Below, in pieces: positions 60,646 to 64,000 of a stretch of DNA of 64,000 bases; positions within the stretch are counted from its first letter, which is position 1, and each line of letters begins with the position of its first letter. Position numbers and translations under genes: made by a program. Where the stretch lies: the NCBI GenBank assembly GCA_963787125.1, contig CAWBBV010000007.1:541493-605492 (forward strand). Reading direction: 5' to 3'. Below the pieces are notes generated by a model that saw only the letters and a program-made list of their open reading frames with translations, made no database searches and was not told the DNA's origin. This DNA comes from an uncultured delta proteobacterium. Its GTDB lineage: Bacteria; Desulfobacterota; Desulfuromonadia; Geobacterales; DSM-12255.

Positions 60646-61435
60646 ATGAGCACCACTCTGGCCGAACTTCTTAAAGACAGCGCCTATAAACTTACCCAAT
60701 TCAAGCCAGCTCAGATCAAAACTTTGGAAGCTGGCATTGTCATGAAAGAATCTGGCAAGACCTTTGCGCCACACGTAACTTGCCTAGTGCGCGGCAAATT
60801 GATCAAACTGACTCCGGAAGAGGCGGTTCGCCAATTGTATGTGATGGTGCTCAAGGAAGACCTGGGATACGCCGTCAATCGGCTCTCCATGGAGTATGAC
60901 GTTACTCGTGGACGGGAAAAAAAGCGGGTCGATATCTGCGTTTTTGACAAAGACAAAACAACCACCCCCTATATTCTTGTGGAGCTGAAGAAACCCAAGT
61001 GGAAAGATGGCAAGGAACAGCTCAAGAGCTACTGCAACTTCAGCGGCGCACCCATGGGGGTCTGGAGTAACGGCGACAGTATCTCTTACTATCACCGCAA
61101 AGACCCGAACTACTTTGAAGACATCCCAGCCATTCCGTCGGCGTTCGAAAAGCTTTCCGACATCCTGACAGCCAGGTGGACCATAGACGATCTGGTGAAG
61201 ATGGACAAACTGGTCAATCAGAAGAAATCTCTGAAAGATCTGATTCTGGAGATGGAGGACGAGGTTCTTGCCAACGCCGGGGTTGACGTCTTCGAGGAGC
61301 TGTTTAAGCTCATCTTTACCAAGCTGTATGACGAGATGGAGAGCGGGCGGGACAAGAAGCGGCATCTGGTATTCAAGAACTATGGCGAGACAGAAACAGA
61401 GCTGAAGGCCAAGATTCATGAGCTGTTCGTCCAGT
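60646..61435 (+). pseudogene. 5' part of an HsdR_N-domain restriction endonuclease / N6-methylase gene, interrupted by IS21
   Basis: TPEEAVRQ, RVDICVF...VELKK, EQLKSY, then DVFEELFKLIFTKLYDE; the frame runs into the IS end at 61436. Confidence 0.85.
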
Positions 61436-61624
61436 TGTCGAGGACCATGGTAAATTTCCACTTTAGACAAGGTGTGACCAAAGTTATTTGCCACCCCCTG
61501 GGTCAACTTAATTTGCCAGTTTAGTCGATACCGGGACCAGAGTTATTTGCCACTTTGGATTTTTTAGGGGAGCCAACCAGCATGACAGTATTCTGCATGG
61601 AATTATTTCCAGACAGGAGCTGCT

Positions 61625-63175
61625 ATGTCGCGAAGGAGAATCCCCATGATCGAATTGAACGAAGTTGTCTATCACTGGCAAAAAGGGCAGAACAATAGTC
61701 AAATTGCCAGAAGTCTCGGCATTTCCCGGCCAACCGTCAGAAAGTATCTTGACGCGGCAAAGGCTGCCGGTCTTACCAGAGAAGATGGTGAAACACCCGC
61801 TGCCATTGCGGAGAACGTCATGGCCGCAGTAGCCAAGGCAGCCAAACCTGCTTCATCTGCTGTCGGTGCGGTGCAGGAGGTCATAGGCCTGCACAAAGAG
61901 CAGATAATCAGCTGGCTCGATGAGCCGAATATGACTGCCAAGCAGATCTGTCGCCTACTTGAAGAACAGGGCTACCCTTTCAACTACTCCAGTCTCAAAC
62001 GATACGTAAAAAAGCTTAAACCGGATAATTCCCAGAGAGTAACTGTCCGGTTGGAAACATCCGCCGGAGAACAGGCCCAGGTTGACTTTGGTCAGGTAGC
62101 CCTTACTCTGGGTGACCAGAAGAAGAGGGTCTGGGCCTTTGTCATGACCCTTTCTTACAGTCGCCATCGCTTTGTCCGCTTCGTTGAACGCCAGGACACA
62201 ACGAACTGGCTTGACTGTCATATCCGGGCCTTTGAATTCTTTGGCGGTTGCCCCAGAACCGTCCTTTTGGACAACCTCAAGGCTGGTGTTGTCAAAGCCG
62301 ACCTGTATGACCCGATCATCAACCGGGCGTATGCAGAACTAGAGCGGCATTACGGCTTTGTTGCCGATCCGGCCAAAGTGAGAACTCCGGAGCACAAAGG
62401 GAAAGTTGAGCGCTCCATGCCCACGGTGCGGCAGCAGCTGGCTGCCGGGCGGCAGTATCAGGATCTTGCCGACGCCAACGAAAAGGCGCTTGCCTGGTCA
62501 CTAACCGGCATTGGCAAGGAAAAGCACGGCACCACTAAAGAAGAACCGCTGCTGCGCTTTGAGCGGGACGAGAAGAACACCCTTATCCCTTTGCCGGGCA
62601 GCAGGTTCGAGACCCCACTCTGGAAAGAGTGCACAGTTCACCCTGATCACCATCTGGTCTTTGACAAGAGCTACTATTCTGTTCCGACCAGATATGTGGG
62701 CAAAAAAGTCTGGGCGCGGGGCACCTTCCGCTTGACCGAGATCTTCCTTGAGGGAGAGTTGATCAAGTGCCATGTTCGGGCACACAAACCCGGCACATGG
62801 CGTACAGACGAAAACGATTATCCGGAAAAAGCCAAGGCGTTTCTTTTTGCTCACCCCACCTGGTGCCGCCAGCAGGCTGAGACATTCGGCGAAGATGTGG
62901 GCCGCATGGTGCGAGAAGTTCTGGAACCTCACTCTCTCCAGAATCTACGCAAGGCTCAGGCAGTCCTCAGATTTGCCGATAAGTATGGTGCTGCCAAACT
63001 CAATGATGCCTGCCGGCATCTGCTCTCTTTTGGCTCCACATCAAGACAGAGCCTGCAAAGGATTCTGGAGAACGGTATCCCCAGGCAACAGGAGTTGCCG
63101 ACCGTCCCGGCCATTTCCACTGAAGGTGAACAGTGCCTGCATCCGGCAACCAGTTTCGGGGAGGTGGCAGCATGA
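61625..63175 (+). CDS. istA: IS21 transposase
   Basis: HTH, GEQAQVDFG, LSYSR, DNLKAGV, KGKVER, YSVP. Confidence 0.96.
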   Translation: MSRRRIPMIELNEVVYHWQKGQNNSQIARSLGISRPTVRKYLDAAKAAGLTREDGETPAAIAENVMAAVAKAAKPASSAVGAVQEVIGLHKEQIISWLDEPNMTAKQICRLLEEQGYPFNYSSLKRYVKKLKPDNSQRVTVRLETSAGEQAQVDFGQVALTLGDQKKRVWAFVMTLSYSRHRFVRFVERQDTTNWLDCHIRAFEFFGGCPRTVLLDNLKAGVVKADLYDPIINRAYAELERHYGFVADPAKVRTPEHKGKVERSMPTVRQQLAAGRQYQDLADANEKALAWSLTGIGKEKHGTTKEEPLLRFERDEKNTLIPLPGSRFETPLWKECTVHPDHHLVFDKSYYSVPTRYVGKKVWARGTFRLTEIFLEGELIKCHVRAHKPGTWRTDENDYPEKAKAFLFAHPTWCRQQAETFGEDVGRMVREVLEPHSLQNLRKAQAVLRFADKYGAAKLNDACRHLLSFGSTSRQSLQRILENGIPRQQELPTVPAISTEGEQCLHPATSFGEVAA

Positions 63176-63924
63176 GCATCTCCCCACTACTAACGTCCCG
63201 CTTGAAGCTGCTCAGACTCTCCGGCATTCTCGAATCACTGGACCTGCGGCTTGAGCAGGCACGAAGCAACAATCTCGGTTATCTGGAGTTTATGGAACTG
63301 ATTGTTCAGGATGAGACTGAACGCCGGGAAGCGAATACCCTTAATCAGCGGCTTAAGAAAGCTTCCTTTGAAGAGCCGAAGTGTATCGAAGAGTTTCAGT
63401 TCGCCCAGTTGACCGGGGTCAATGTGGCGGCCATCAAGGATCTAGCGACCGGTCTGTTCATCAGGAAAAAAGAGCATGTGATTCTTTACGGCCCGCCAGG
63501 AGTCGGCAAGACCCACCTTGCTCAGGCACTGGGCAACCGGGCATGTCGCATCGGTCATTCCACCCTGTTTATCAAGGGAACCAAGCTGTTTCGAAACCTC
63601 AACACAGCAAGGGCTGACGGCACTTGGGAGAAAGCCTTGAGAAAACTCCTCGCTCCGGACCTTCTGATAATTGACGACTTCGGCCTCAGCGCCATGACCA
63701 TGCCACAGGCTGAGGAGTTCTATGAAATCATTGCCGAACGCCACCAGCGAGGCTCTATAATTATCACTTCAAACCGTCCGCCAGGTGACTGGCTGTCGCT
63801 CTTCCCGGATCAGGTGATGGCCAATTCGGCAATGGACCGACTGGCACACCGGGCTCATCACATTGCTATGAAAGGAGAGTCATTTAGAAAGAAAACAAGA
63901 CCTCAAAAACCGTCAGCAGATTAA
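63172..63924 (+). CDS. istB: IS21 helper ATPase
   Basis: GPPGVGKTHLA, LLIIDDFG, IITSN, DRLAH; ATGA-coupled to istA. Confidence 0.96.
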   Translation: MSISPLLTSRLKLLRLSGILESLDLRLEQARSNNLGYLEFMELIVQDETERREANTLNQRLKKASFEEPKCIEEFQFAQLTGVNVAAIKDLATGLFIRKKEHVILYGPPGVGKTHLAQALGNRACRIGHSTLFIKGTKLFRNLNTARADGTWEKALRKLLAPDLLIIDDFGLSAMTMPQAEEFYEIIAERHQRGSIIITSNRPPGDWLSLFPDQVMANSAMDRLAHRAHHIAMKGESFRKKTRPQKPSAD

Positions 63925-64000
63925 CTACAACGCTACCCCTGAAAATCCTAAAGTGGCAAATAACTTTGATCCTGGGGGTGGCAAATTAACCTGGTCCTTG

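Larger units (their letters stand above)
61436..64000 (+). mobile_element. IS21-family insertion sequence (right end at window edge)
   Basis: Starts TGTCGAGGACCA; repeated GACCAxAGTTATTTGCCAC-like boxes at 61443, 61476, 61501 and 61535, with inverted copies at 63953 and 63978; istA-istB inside. Confidence 0.93.

Noticed and set aside
61436..61553. Regularly repeated ~19-bp boxes resembling iterons or a CRISPR
   Set aside because: Explained as IS21 transposase-binding repeats, mirrored at the right end.

Overview
Gene content points to a Geobacteraceae-like (Desulfuromonadia) chromosome segment (inference). In order it carries: the end of a heme-copper cytochrome c oxidase operon interrupted by a toxin-antitoxin pair; an IS630; cydAB with an Rrf2 regulator; a DAHP synthase; an L,D-transpeptidase with a sigma54 two-component system; hisS; a GacA-like Hypr GGDEF enzyme; comEC; a polar amino acid ABC transporter; a formate dehydrogenase with AsrA/AsrB-like partners, split and bracketed by two more TA modules; a multiheme cytochrome/porin/monoheme cytochrome cluster; nadB with a stand-alone chorismate mutase and a DAHP-synthase regulatory domain; a heme-c HD-GYP protein; and queA, mutS and an amidase. 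The right end is an accessory region with glycerol genes, an orphan ParB followed by a perfect 20-bp palindrome, and a restriction-modification gene broken by an IS21. Several structured intergenic repeats are present. No rRNA, tRNA or CRISPR array was seen. The best candidates for new biology are the ParB/palindrome/RM locus, the TA-coupled Fdh-AsrAB module and a 78-bp tandem repeat with a compensatory base change. All calls come from reading motifs by eye; no searches were run.
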